Under the pieces are notes generated by a model. The model did not search any database. It was not told where the DNA came from and saw only the letters and a program-made list of their open reading frames with translations. A stretch of DNA of 64,000 nt from NCBI GenBank assembly GCA_013416795.1, contig RQSC01000015.1, positions 260,445-324,444 on the forward strand, in the 5' to 3' direction. The DNA is from Prasinococcaceae sp. CCMP 1430. Taxonomy: Eukaryota > Plantae > Prasinodermophyta. The position numbers were made by a program, and so were the translations under genes. Positions 1 through 12,025 of the stretch are shown in pieces (position 1 is the first letter of the stretch; each line of letters opens with the position of its first letter).

Positions 1-1
1 C

Positions 2-454
2 AGCAGCGCCTCCTGGGACGGAAACAAGTGGAACCCCGGGGGCGGGGGCGCGTTCGTCGAACCGCAGCAGATCGTTGGTGGGGGCGATACGCCGGAGGCG
101 CTGCCTGAGCTGAGCAACGTGTCGGGTACTGTGTACAGCTCGGGGGAGGCGCACGCGCTCCTCGAGTGCTGGTACTGCGCCAATCAAGGGTTCGATTTGC
201 GCGCCGAGCCGCTGCTTGAACGCGTAGCCGCGGGTGCGCTTGATGGCATTCCCGCCATCGCCGTTCAGGGTCGCTCTGATCTCGTCACGCCGCCGCGCAC
301 GGCGTGGGATTTGCACCGTGCGTGGCCGGAGATGCAGCTTCGCGTCGTTGATGGCGGTCACAGCATGTACTCCCCTCGCGTCATGGACGGTCTTTGCCAG
401 GCAACCGATGAGATGCTCAGGCACGCGCCACGGGAAGTGGCTGGCGGACTCTAG
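2..454 (+). CDS. PIP: Proline iminopeptidase (alpha/beta hydrolase), 3' part; 5' end outside window
   Basis: IPAIAVQGRSDLVTPPRTAWDLHRAWPE...GGHS matches the PIP C-terminal Asp/His catalytic region. Frame is open from base 2. Confidence 0.85.
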   Translation, partial: SSASWDGNKWNPGGGGAFVEPQQIVGGGDTPEALPELSNVSGTVYSSGEAHALLECWYCANQGFDLRAEPLLERVAAGALDGIPAIAVQGRSDLVTPPRTAWDLHRAWPEMQLRVVDGGHSMYSPRVMDGLCQATDEMLRHAPREVAGGL

Positions 455-497
455 CGAGCCAGAGAGGTACAATTGTATTGCCGATTTTTTCAAATTG

Positions 498-1433
498 CTA
501 TCGCACTGGCGCGTATACCCTGGTGACTATGTTCTCCAACGTCTCGTTCGAGACGCCCGCGGTCCATGCAAGGCCAACAGCCAGCTGCGCCAGCGTCGTA
601 TGCACCCAGCCCCGCCGCTCAAAGCGCCGCGCGCTCGTGCGCACGCGCTCGCTCAGCTGTTCGCACACCGCCTTGCCGCTGCGCTCGCGTGTCGTCGCAT
701 GAGCGCGCACGCACAAATCGGCATCCTCCATGAGCGCCAAGCTCGCATCGTACCCTCCGCACGACTCGAACGTACCGACGCGCACGAATATGGACTGGTC
801 GCCGTAGAAAACGCGAAGCCCTTGCGCGAAGGCGCGAGGCCGCAGGAGCGCCGGCAGGTAGTGCGATTTGAGCTGGTGGTTGAGCGACGCCAGCCGGAGC
901 AACGGTCCTGTTCGACCTGCCCCGCTCTCTATATGGCATCTGAACGCGCCGACTGCAAAGCCCTCGCCAATCCGCGCAGTCGACGCGGCGGCTGCTTCGA
1001 GCGCACCAGCGGGCAGTTGTGTGTCGGCGTGAACGAAGATGAGAATGTCGTCGGGGCGTGCTCCGACTGCCTCGACAGCGGCCGCAGCGCCGGCGTTCAT
1101 CTGGCTCGCTCGGCCGCGCATCTCTCGTCCGCAGCGCACTACACGCGCGCCAGCAGCTTCTGCGAGGCGCGCCGTGTCGTCGCGGGAGCCGCCGTCAGCG
1201 ACCACGACTGCGGCGGGCGGTGGGACCTGTGCGCGCAACGCCGCGACGGTCGCTCCAATCGACGCGGCCTCGTCGAGCGCAGGGATGACCGCGAGCACGC
1301 GCGGCGATACTCGCGCGCCCGCGCTTGCGCCGGCTCGCCGACCGCGCGCCGACCGATGTACGCGCGCTTGTCTGCCACCGCCGCCACCCGCCGCGCGGCA
1401 CTGGTCTTGCGCGCCCTCGCCACATCCTCCCAT
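498..1433 (-). CDS. GT2 glycosyltransferase, TIGR04283-like; start uncertain (ORF open to 1685, first in-frame ATG at 1433)
   Basis: Motifs VIPALDE, VVVADGGSRDDT, GRASQMNAGA, LIFVHADTQLP, FYGDQSIFVR..F...GGY...LMED. No intron in the domain. Confidence 0.8.
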   Translation of the reverse strand: MGGCGEGAQDQCRAAGGGGGRQARVHRSARGRRAGASAGARVSPRVLAVIPALDEAASIGATVAALRAQVPPPAAVVVADGGSRDDTARLAEAAGARVVRCGREMRGRASQMNAGAAAAVEAVGARPDDILIFVHADTQLPAGALEAAAASTARIGEGFAVGAFRCHIESGAGRTGPLLRLASLNHQLKSHYLPALLRPRAFAQGLRVFYGDQSIFVRVGTFESCGGYDASLALMEDADLCVRAHATTRERSGKAVCEQLSERVRTSARRFERRGWVHTTLAQLAVGLAWTAGVSNETLENIVTRVYAPVR

Positions 1434-1864
1434 CTCCGCGCGTCTTGTAGACCCCACAACTACCTGCTCAACCGTTCGCAGTCGCCACCACTGCCGCCGC
1501 AGCGCAGCCGGACGCCGCTCGCCGTGCGGCGGCGCCCGCGAGCTTCCGGCGCCACCGCTGCGCGCGTGCGCGCCTGAGCGCCACCGCCCCGCCCCGCCCG
1601 CCGCTGGCACCCCGCGGTAGGGAGCGGCGCCCCCTGCGGTGTGGCGGGCGTGCGCGAGCGCTCGCGCGCACTTGCGCCCGCGCACTCCAACATGGAGACC
1701 CTACAGTAGCGATTCGATGTCTCCATGGAATCCCTAACTAAATACCCAAATCAAATCAAATCGACAACCCAAACCTCAAACCCTCCTCGCGGGGATGCAG
1801 CACTCGCACGGCTGAGCTGGCGCGCGCCACAACGTCGCGCGGAGGCGGGCCTGGGCTGGGGAAG

Positions 1865-2115
1865 ATGGCGGTGGCCGCGCTCGCGCCGCGGGCACGCGCA
1901 CCGATGGCGACCGCCGCGACAATCGCCGCTGCGGCTGGCAGCAGCAGCCGCCGCGGCCGTGGCAACGGGTCGCGCGGCGCGGGTCGCGGGGGTGGGAGGG
2001 GTGCGGCGGGGCGCAGTAGCGGCCGGGGAGGGCGAGGAGGCCGCACCGAGCGCGTTGGGAGAGGAGGGTCCCGGGGTGCGGGGCGCGGGCGTGGACGCGG
2101 GCGCGGGCGCAGCCC

Positions 2116-2147
<32 letters not shown>

Positions 2148-3383
2148 GACAACGACAGCAACAGCGGAAGCGCCGCCAGCAGCAGCGTCCCTCGAAGGGC
2201 GAGCAGTGTTGTCCGATGTGTGGCCAGGTGCTCGTGGCGCGCGCATTTACACGCCACGTTGCTTTATGCGCGCCTGAGACCTTGGATCCGGAGGGTTGGG
2301 AGGCCAGCGGCCGCGATGCGGTCGCCAACTCCGTGGTCGCGCGCCATCCGTCTGCGCGCTCGCTTCCGCGCCGGGTGCTCGCCGCACGATTCGGCCTCGC
2401 ATCTGGTGGCGGCTCCCCCGCTACGGCGATGCACCCCTCTGACGTCGCCAGGCAGCTGAGCATCGACGTGGAGACAGTCGTTGGCATCATCCGCAGCGAA
2501 GTACGCGCGGTGCCGATTGTCTCGGACCAAAGCGCGCCGCTTGAGGTGCTCTTAGACGACCAGTGGCTTATGGCCGTGAACAAGCCTCCGGGGGTGCCGT
2601 GCACGCCACGCAGCCGCCTCGCGGGCGGGAGTGTCGCCAACGCGGCCGCCGCACGCATGGACGGACGCGAGCCTCATGTGCTCCATCGCCTGGACCTCCA
2701 AACCTCAGGCGTCTTGCTCTTGGGCAAGCATCGCTCGGCGGCGGCAGCGGTCATGCCGCAATTCGAGCGGCGTGCGACCACCAAGGGGTACATCGCGCTG
2801 TGCCGTGGTTGCCCCACGGCTGACGCCTTCTCGGTGGACGTGCCCATTTCGCGCGTCGATGACACTGCACGCTGCTTGCGCTCCACTCGGGGCGGCGTCG
2901 ACCCAAAGCAGGCGAGGACCGACTTCGAGGTGCTGGCGCGTGCTCGCGGAGGTGGCGCGTGCCTGCTGCTGTGCCGACCGCGCACGGGGCGCACACACCA
3001 GATACGCCTGCACTGCGCGCACGTGGGCAACCCCATCCTGGGAGATGAGCTATACGACCCCAACTGGAGCGCGGGCGAGGACGCCGTGCTCGGCGTGCGA
3101 TTTGCGAGGCACATGCTGCATGCGGCCACGCTGGCATTGTGCGTTCTCGCTCGAGCGAGTGAGCGAGGCGCGCGCGGCTTGCGGCGGCCCCACACACGCA
3201 TCCGCTTGAGTGCGCTGACGCGCGCGCGCGCTCGCGCGCTCGCATTTCGCCGTCCTGCCTTACCTCAGCGACCACCCGGGATCCGCCCTGCGCGTGACGG
3301 TCGAGGCGCCGCTCCCCGAGGACATGCTAGCGGCGTGCGCCCAGCTCGGCGTCGACGCGGCCGCTAACCCTGTCGAAGCATAG
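1865..3383 (+). CDS. RluA-family pseudouridine synthase; join(1865..3138,3269..3383)
   Basis: VNKPPG, HRLDLQTSG (catalytic Asp), TGRTHQIR..GNPILGDELY. Removing GT-AG intron 3139..3268 restores LHAATLAFDHPG...EAPLPEDM. Confidence 0.9.
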
Positions 3384-3697
3384 ATTCATACCCTAATTCG
3401 TTGTTTCGGTATCAGTTGAGTGCAGGCCGGTCCCGGATGTGATCCTGTTCGAAATCGGGCATCCCACAACTCGGCAATTCCGATGGCCACCGGCGGGTGC
3501 GCGCGCGCGCAGGCTGTTGGCTGGGGCCACTCGGCGCGCGGGGCGCGGGGTGTTGCGGGGTGGGGCGCGGGCCGGAGGGGCGCGTGGGCAGAGGGGAAGG
3601 GCGACGGGAAAGGCGGGGACGAGGAGAGGGCTGCTGCCCGTGGCGGGCGGCGCGCGGCGCGATGGGCGCGCGCGGGCGCCTCGTGGGGGCGCCAGCA

Positions 3698-4999
3698 ATG
3701 CACGACGCAAGCGAGCGAGCGGCCGCAGCGAGCGACTTTCAGCGGCTGCTCGAGGCGACAGTGCCGACGGTGGAGTGCGAGGCGCGGGGGGCGCAGGAAG
3801 CGCAGGAGAGGCTCAGGCTGAGGGACCTGTGGGTGCGTCGCGCGGCAGGCGCCACGCGGGCCTGCGCGCATGCCGAGCGCCGGTGCGCTCTCGAGGCGAC
3901 GCGGGAGGCAGTGCATGCGCCCTAAACCACCACATGCGGTCGCGATGCGTGCGCGCCGCGCGGTCCACCTCAGCCATAGCTCGGTGGGCTCCGCGGCGGG
4001 CGAGTAGGACGCTCGTGTTGAAGGCTGACGCGCCGCGCGCGCCGCGCCGACACTCATCCCCGCTCCCCTCCTCCACCACCACACACGTACACACGCACAC
4101 AGGCCACATACGCGAACGCGTCGGCGAACGGCCGCCCCGTTGAGTTGGCCGATGGGGGCTGTGCGTACTTCGTGCCCTACCTGAGCGCGGTGAGGCTCTT
4201 CGCTGGGGGGCGTGCGGCTGGTGGCGGCGGGCGCTCGGAGTCGGCGGGCGCGGAGGCGTTGTACGAGTTCTCAGAGACGCAGCCGCCACAGCTGCGGCCG
4301 CCGCTGTCGGAGCGCGCGGAGAAGCTCGCTGGCTCGCCGGCGGGTGCACTCGAGGAAGGCAGCGGCGGCGATTGCGCGGGCTACGAGAGCAGCGGCGGCG
4401 GGCATGGCAGTGCGCCTCGAGCAGCGAGCTCGCCCCCCCCCGGTGCCGCCGACGCCTGCGCGCGCGACGAGGCGCCGGGCGCGCACGCAGCGGGCGACCA
4501 CGCGCTGCTCGAGACGCGGCTGAGTGACGTCCACAGAGAGAGCTGGTACGCGGTCGCGTGGTACCCCATATACCGGATCCCTGAACGGCCTCTGCGTGCG
4601 TGCTTCTTGACGTACCACCAATTCATGCTGCTGCCCGGTGAGGGCGGGGGCTGGGAGCTGCCTACGGTGGGCGCGGTGGCAGCCAATACCGCGAGCGAAC
4701 CAGGGTGGTTCGCGGGGGGCGGCGTAAACACGGCGGAGGAGATGGCACGGGTGCGCGAACTCGCGGCTGCCGCCGACGCCATTGCACGGCAGGGCCCCGC
4801 CGGCTGGCGGCACGCCGACTTTGAGTTTTTGTGCTCGCGCGGCACCGCAGCTCACCAACTGCCCGTGGGGGGCAAGGAGGCCGTGAAGGCCAGCGGGGCG
4901 GCGAGCGGCTCACGCAAGGCGGCTGGTGGCAGCACTCGGCGCGAGAGTGCCAGGCAGCAGCTCTCAACGAGCAGCTTCTGCAGGCAGGCGACCATGTAG
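3698..4999 (+). CDS. DUF789 family protein; join(3698..3832,4103..4999)
   Basis: DFQRLLEATVP..LRDLW, YFVPYLSAVRLF, YEFSETQPP, SWYAVAWYPIYRIP..ACFLTYH. In-frame GTGCGT..CAG intron. Confidence 0.85.
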
Positions 5000-5426
5000 C
5001 AGCGATTGGGCCTGGCACTCGCGCGATGCTTCAATTCATTCGTTAATAAACGGCGCGACATTCCGCCATCTTCCTGTGTGCGTGCGGCGAATTTTCTTGC
5101 GCGCGGTGTGCGCGCACATTCGCGTCTCCATGCGATCGACGCGGTTGATGTGGGCTTGGCGCAATCTTGTGTGTGTGAAAGACAGTGGGCATGCAGTCCT
5201 CACCCGAGTCTTCAGTGGGTTGAGGTGCAGCGCTGCTTCGCTTGTTGTGATCATGCATGCAAGTGTGCAGAGATATGACGGGGACGAGGCGAATTGGATG
5301 CGTGCAGTCATGCGAGGTAGTACGAACGGCTTCGCCGGTCGCGGTGTAGGTGGCCTGGTGGTGCTGGATCGAGCGCGAGCGGGATTCTCCATCCCATGAG
5401 GCCACGCGGCCGGTACGTGGTCTTCA

Positions 5427-7927
5427 TCAGAATGCGGCGGCAACGGCGCTGGAAGCGTTGTTGGAAGGAGCACGTCCAACCGCCGCGCTCCCAGCGTCGG
5501 GTGATTCGGCTACGTGGCCGCGAGCGACACCGCAGACAGGAGCCTCGCAGGTGCGGGCAGGCGCGGCGGCAGCGCTCATGACCAAGCTTGGAGACTGTTT
5601 TGATGATTCCTCTTGCGCCACCGCGAAAGGCTTGAAAACGTGCTCGAGCAGGGACTGGCGGATGGGCAGCATGCCCGGAAATTCGGCCCACAGCTTGCTG
5701 GCGTCCAGCTCGTTGTTGGAGCGACCAGCCTTGATGACCTTGGCCTGCTCATCGACGGAAAAGACGGTCCAGCTGAACGAGGGGTCGACGAAGTCGCGAT
5801 AGAGCTCGAGGACCTGTCCATGCGAGATGGCCCCTGGATTGGTGAAGTTCCAGACGCCCGTGCGGCCGCTCTGTGCGAGAGCGAGCGCGTACGGCAAAAG
5901 CTCCGGCAGGCACGTCATGCTATTCGGGATGTCCACCACCTTGGGGTAGTGGGCGATCTTGTAGATGAAGTTGCGCTTGTTTGAGGTGATGTCACCGTCG
6001 ATGGGCATGCGCACGCGCAGCGTGAGCACGTTGCTGTAGCTGCGGAGCATCTTCTCGACGTAGCCTTTGGTCAGCGAGTAGAAAGACCCGGAGAAGTTGG
6101 CCTCGTCTTCTTCGCTGAAGGTGAGCGACGCGTCCTTTGCCACGAGCGTCTCGATATCGCGCTCCACGTCCTGGGGGTGCTGCTCATCGTAGTGGAAGAT
6201 GCAACCCGTGGCGAAGTTGGTCAGGTGCACTCCTGCCCTGCGGCATGCGTCAGCGAGCGCGAGCGTGCCGACGACGTTGACTTTGATCACATCGCCCTTG
6301 TGCGTCTCGCACCAGTCGACGTTGGGCCTGCCCGTGAGGCCAGCGGCGTTGAGCACGTGGGTGCATCCCGAGCGCGCAATCTCGGCGGCGACGTCGGCGG
6401 GATTCTCTAGGCGGCTCGCGGCGTACTCGTATGCAACACCCTCCTCCTCCAGCAGCCGGCCGAGCATGCCACCGATCCATCCGGTGCGTCCGAAGACGAG
6501 GAACTTGGGACCGTCCTCGTCGGCAGCGCGCGCACTGGCGCCTGCTGCTCGAGTCACGCTGTCGGCGTTGTCGGGATCGTCGATGTCGGCGGTGCTGCGC
6601 CCACCTAGGTCGCTGAGGTGGCCAGACGACATGATCAGCTTCAGCTCGCGCTGCTTCATGGTCGCGGCGGACTCGTCCTCGGCGGCGGCTCCGGGAAGCC
6701 GCGGGTGGGCGACAAGCACGCGCTCCACACCGCCGATGCCCCAGTGGTCCTGCGCGGGTCTGCTCATGTACCAGTCGATGGTCTTCTTGAGGCCCTCCTC
6801 AAATGGTGTGCGCTGCTGCCAGCCCAGCTCGGACAGCGCGGACGTCTCGAGAAAGTAGCGCATGTCGTTGAAGGCGCGGTCCTCCACAAACTCGATCATG
6901 TCCGCCGGGTCGGCGTACGGGCACATGAGCCTTACGATGCTCTGCACGACCTCGAGCACAGTCTGCTCCGCGGTGGTGCCGATGTTGATGGTGCTCCCGG
7001 TCTTGGCGCGGTGCAGCACCACGTCAAATGCCTCCGCAACGTCTTCCACGTACAGGTACGAGCGCTTGTTCACGCCGGAGCCGTGGATGGGCAGCTTGAG
7101 CCCGCGCGAGGCCATGGTGATGATCTTGGGGATGAGTTTCTCCGGAAATTGCATGGGGCCGAAGACGTTGTTGCCGCGCGTGATGACAGTCGGCAGTCCG
7201 TACGAGCGGGCGTATGCTTGCACGAGCATCTCCGCGGCCGCCTTGGAGGCCGCGTACGGGTTGGTGGGACTCAGCGCGGCGCTGTCCTCCTGGTTGACGT
7301 CGGACATGTCGTCGTAGCTCATGTTCTCGCCGTACACTTCGTCAGTCGAGACGTGCACGAAGCGAAGGATCTGCGAGCCGCAAGCGCGCGATGCCTCGAG
7401 CAGCGTGTGTGTGCCAGCGACATTGTTCGCGGTGAAGGCCAGCGAGTTGCCGAAGCTGTTGTCGACGTGCGTTGAGGCGGCGAAGTGCATCACGGTGTCG
7501 ATCTGCTCAGTCACGAGGACGTGGTACACTGTGCGAAGGCTCGCGCGCGTCAGCATCATCCCGAAGCCCTCCCCCGCACGCCGCGCGTTCGCATGATGTG
7601 GTGCTCGCGCATTTTTCCAGCAGAAAGCGAGAGAATTTTGCGCTCCGTGCGCGTAAATTGCCACGCACCGAGATCGCTGGACTGCACGTCGCCCTTGATG
7701 AACTTGAAGTTGGGGCGGCCGACGACAGCGTCGAGGTTGCGCGGCGACGCGCAGTAGTCGAGCTTGTCCAGCACAACCACGCGCATCTGCGGGTAGCGGG
7801 TGGCCAGCCGTGTCGCAACGTGCGAGCCGATAAAACCCGCGCCGCCCGTCACGAGCACGCGCTGCGGCGAATACTCATTCCGCGGGGCTTTGCTTTCCGT
7901 CGCAATGGGCGCGCCGTCGTCGGCCAT
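5427..7927 (-). CDS. RHM1: Trifunctional UDP-L-rhamnose synthase; exons 7927..7669 and 7528..5427
   Basis: LVTGGAGFIGSH, LDKLDYC, MHFAASTHVDNSFGNS, HVSTDEVYGE, PTNPYAASKAAAE, second domain FGRTGWIGG, GRPNVDWCE, GSFYSLTK. Intron 7529..7668 joins DL/VYH in frame. Confidence 0.95.
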
Positions 7928-8563
7928 CGTGGAGGCCGCGCGCGCAGGTCTCTTCGCGGGAGAAGGGAACCAAGGGGAACTTCGGCGAGCCTGCCGCCAC
8001 GCTTGCCGGGGGAGGGTGGGGGGCGGGGGGACGCTGTGTGGCGCGGCCCCGCGGTGCGGCGGTCCTTCGCTTCGTGTGTGTCTGCCGCGCGCAGTTCCGA
8101 TTCTGATTCTGTGCGGCGCGCATGCGATTTGATGGCCCCGCGAGAGAAAACCGCGCCGGCGGCGCGCGCGCGCTTTCTCGCGCGCGGCGCCGCCGATCGA
8201 TCGCGGTTTTCGAGTTTCGATCGCTCCCTCCGCCGCGCGCTCTCTCTCTCCCTGTCGCTTTCGGCTGGCTGGAAACATTGATGCAATTTGATGGCGAACG
8301 GGGCGTGTCGAGCCAACGGCCGAAAGCAACGACGGCCGCCGCAGCCATCACAAGCGTTTTTTGAGTTGCACACTAGCAGCTGACGTGGCACTGGCGTGTT
8401 CCCTGAGCGATGATGATCGCTGCGGCAGCGCGGGACCGGGAGCGCGCCGCGTGCGCAGTACGCAAGCTGTCGATTGCGATGCCGCCGGCGCGCTGACCGT
8501 GAGCGCGCTGGAGTTAGGGAAGGGGCCAGGGGGGAGGGGGGAGGGGTGAAGCTGTCGTCGCTA

Positions 8564-9025
8564 ATGCCTACTAGGGGTGTACCACAACGCACACGTGGCA
8601 CGTGCTGCCCCTCTGTCCCGAGCGGCCCTCTCTCGGCACGCCGCGCGCACAGGATGACAGACTCCGCCGAGAGGGACTCACGCAAAGCTGCCCACGACGC
8701 GCTCGGTGGCGAAGAGTGCGAACCCGACCCTGGTGCGGTGGCACCGCCCCCGTGCGATGGCACGGCGGCCGAGTGCTCTGAGAGGAGCGGGGAAGGCGTG
8801 GCCGGTCGAGGCGCAGCATCGCACAGGCTCGCAGACGACCCGTGCACCGTTTCCGGGAACAAGCACGGCGCCGAGATGCGCCCGACTGTGCCTCACAAGA
8901 CCCCGGCGGAGCTCGAGGCCATGTCCGTGCACGATCTCAAGGCGTGGGTCGTCGGCAAGGGTGGGAGCACGCAGGGATGTCTCGAGAAGAGCGACCTGCT
9001 CGACGTGGCCCTCGCGTACGTGTAA
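8564..9025 (+). CDS. Small protein with a C-terminal SAP-like/ARMET_C-type motif; 5' structure uncertain
   Basis: LEAMSVHDLKAWV..KGGSTQGCLEKSDLL resembles the LSVKELK...C.EK.EL motif. Confidence 0.45.
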   Translation: MPTRGVPQRTRGTCCPSVPSGPLSARRAHRMTDSAERDSRKAAHDALGGEECEPDPGAVAPPPCDGTAAECSERSGEGVAGRGAASHRLADDPCTVSGNKHGAEMRPTVPHKTPAELEAMSVHDLKAWVVGKGGSTQGCLEKSDLLDVALAYV

Positions 9026-9441
9026 GCTGCTTTCGAGGCTCGACCCCAGTCAAAAGAGAAACGGCCGGCGCCCGGGCTAAGGAGGGCTTGGGTTCGGGCT
9101 TTCTGGAGTTAGGAGTGGTCCACACGACGACGAGTGCAAAAAGGAAGCGATGCCCTGCGGCATGCAGCGTGAATTGCGTTTTAGAAGAGGTGTATCGCCA
9201 CGGCCTGGGGCATGGAGAAGGAAAAGAAACTTTATGTGAGACGCCCTCGCATTTATGCGTCTCTAGTGTGCATTGCTCTCGCAATGATTCAGCACCGGTC
9301 GGCGCGCGCCCCCTCTCTTGTGCCTCGCGTAGCCTCAGAAGGTACGAGGCGCGCGACACCACGGCAGCCTGGCTCGCGACGCGAGCACACTGTCGTGGCC
9401 TCGCCAAACACGAGCGAACGTTGCAGCGGCTGCTCGAGCTG

Positions 9442-10280
9442 CTAGATGTTCTCTTGGTTGTACCCGTACACGTTGGCCGCGTGCCTCTTGGCCGCCTGGC
9501 GCTTCTTGAAGTACGTGAAGCCGAAGTAGCCGCCCGCGAGCACAACCACGATAATGAGAAGGATGATGAAGAGCCTGCCGGCGGTGAACCAGCTCGAGCT
9601 CTCCTCGTCCTCCTCCTCCTGGCAGAGCGAGCTCGCGTTGATCTTGACTTCCATCTCACCACCAGTCGAGTTGAAAAAGTCGGCATGGTGAATGCACAGG
9701 TGCTTCACCAGAGTGGCGTTGGCGCCGGTGGGCTGCGTTACCTTGATCTGCGCCAAGACGTGCTCCTTGGCCTGCGGCGGCATCGATGGCGTCGAGGTCT
9801 CGTTGGGGTTGCCAGGGAAGATGGCGCTCAGATACTCACCATCTGCAATGCCAACGGCCATGCCATCGGCGGTCGCCTGCCCCCCGTAAATGATGCCCTT
9901 GACCACTGCGATGGTGAAGTGCGCGAGGCAAATAGGAGAGGTGTCAGCGAAAAATGGCTGTCGACGAAACGCGCTCATAAAAATACATTTCTACGCACGC
10001 GCGATGGACCTCCGGGCGCACCTTCACCCGCCGTAGTGTTGCCGACGTGCACGTGCATCTTCCATGACGAGATGGCCGCCGCAGACTTAAAGCTCACCGC
10101 GCAGGTACTGTTACCCTTGGCGGGGACGTACTTGCACAGCCCGAGCGACACACCCCCTTCAGGTGCGTCCGGCAGGTCGTGGTGCGACTCATTTCCCTGC
10201 TGCGCGGACGCGAGCGCCGCGCAGCCGCATGCGATCACCACGGCGAGGCCGAGGCCACAGAATGCGCGCGAGCGCGCCAT
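9442..10280 (-). CDS. Type I single-pass membrane protein, at least 2 exons, function unknown
   Basis: Signal peptide MARSRAFCGLGLAVVIACGCAALASA, a lumenal region with several N-x-S/T sites, TM LFIILLIIVVVLAGGYFGF, basic stop-transfer KKRQ and a short Tyr-containing tail. Intron about 9.92-10.0 kb. Confidence 0.7.
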
Positions 10281-10966
10281 TGCCCCTAGCTTTGGGCGCA
10301 GCCGGCAACAGGAGCCTCCCCTGCGCGCGGCACGCGTGCAGAGGTTCGGTCAGCTGCATGCTCGAGCGGGACCAGAAGCGCCGCGAGTTGACCTAACTAG
10401 CTAGATCTTTTGCGCCCCCACTATCAGACCACACCCGCCTACGGCGCTCGCCTCCTCCGGAGGGGGGGGGGGGGGGCTCGCACCTCGAAGCGCGCCGGCA
10501 ATGACGGTCCCAGCGGTCGCGGGGAGGGCTCTGCTCGTGCGGTGCTGCGCGAGGCGCGCCCCGTCCGTGCTGGCGCTCCTCCCCCACACGTGTGGAGTGT
10601 GGCGCGCGCGCATCTCGCGGATCTCACGGTGCGCACAGAAAAGGCCATGGCCAAAGGAGAATGAGTGGGCGCCAAAAAACACGGGCGGATCAAAAATGTG
10701 ATCTTTTTCAGCCAGATCTATTCGCACGGGGGAAAAAGTCTGAGGAGTGGATTGGGTGCGCCGCGCGTTTTTCTTCGAAGGTGGTCACAGGCATTGTGTA
10801 CCGGCGCGACGGCCGTTTGAAATTTCGCTGGTCCGTCTGTTGACAGATCGAGCAATGAGAGCCTCTGGATAGCGCGGCGCGTGCCGTGGCCTGCAGGCCG
10901 GCACGGGCGCGCGAGCAGCACATCGCGCGCGCCGCGGGTGCTGCTGCGTGGCTACCGTCAGCGGCG

Positions 10967-12025
10967 ATGCCGCCACGGGCGGCGGCGCCCCCCCCCCGCG
11001 CGCTGGCGGTGGCGGCGGTGGCGCTGCTGGCAGCGGCGCGCGCGGTGGCCGTGGGAGAGGGGGCCGCAACGCAGGACGCATGGCACACCGCGGCTGTATA
11101 CAACGGCACCGCTCTGAACCCCGAAGGCGCTTACGGGGCGCGCATACCTGACAGCAGCGACCCCAGAGGATACTTCATCAGCACTGGGTACGTCGTCGAC
11201 GGCCGAATGCGGAAGCACGCACCGCCCAAGGACGCGGGGCGCGCTGCTGCGCTGACCGAGTGGTCCGCGCCGAATGGGGAGGAGTGTCGCATGCGTGCGG
11301 AGTTGAAAACGGAGCTGGTCGGGCTCAGAAGAGGCCACGCTCTCCTCGAGGCCCGTGCCGATGGGCGCCCGCGGATGCTGCCCCCGCTAGACGGCCCGTG
11401 CTGCCCCCGAGACGCACTTGGCCTCTGGGCAAGGTCCGTATATTACATGTCCAACGCAAGCGTCGCCTTCGCTCTTGTTCCCAAGTCGGCGTCGAGCTCC
11501 CTCAAGGTGTTGTTAAAAACAAGCTTCGGGAGCGACCTTAGCACAGTTCGCTGCTGCAGGCAGGGCAGGCCGCCGGACGACGTTCTTCGCGCGTGCATCT
11601 TGCGCGATCCCGTTGAACGATTCATATCGGGCTTTTACGAGAGCATGCTTCGCGCGATGGCCAGAGGTGGACGAACAATCTTGAAAAAGGGCAAGCGATT
11701 CCTAGCCGCCGCGAACACCTTCCTATCCGCTCGGTGGCTATACGACGACGTGGTCGTCAAGTACGACAGCATAGACGCATTCATGCTCGAACGCAACGGC
11801 GCCGCTTTCAAGGAGGCCCTCGAGCGGTACGCCCTGGAGAACTACGACCCCATGGACCCACTCGACGCTCACATGCTGCCGCAGGCCGTCTACGTTGCGT
11901 CGAGGTCCGATGGTCGAGGCTACGATTTTGTGGGCTACGTGGACACCCTCGACGATGACTACGACACATTCCTTTCGCTCGCGGGGCTTCCGCCATTTGA
12001 CAGGCAGAGGTGCGCGTTTCCGTGA
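10967..12025 (+). CDS. Carbohydrate sulfotransferase (Sulfotransfer_2/CHST-like); 3' end may be spliced
   Basis: Hydrophobic N-terminus, 5'PSB-like VPKSASSSLK, 3'PB-like LRDPVERFISGF, HMLPQ, YDFVGYVDTL. Confidence 0.8.
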   Translation: MPPRAAAPPPRALAVAAVALLAAARAVAVGEGAATQDAWHTAAVYNGTALNPEGAYGARIPDSSDPRGYFISTGYVVDGRMRKHAPPKDAGRAAALTEWSAPNGEECRMRAELKTELVGLRRGHALLEARADGRPRMLPPLDGPCCPRDALGLWARSVYYMSNASVAFALVPKSASSSLKVLLKTSFGSDLSTVRCCRQGRPPDDVLRACILRDPVERFISGFYESMLRAMARGGRTILKKGKRFLAAANTFLSARWLYDDVVVKYDSIDAFMLERNGAAFKEALERYALENYDPMDPLDAHMLPQAVYVASRSDGRGYDFVGYVDTLDDDYDTFLSLAGLPPFDRQRCAFP

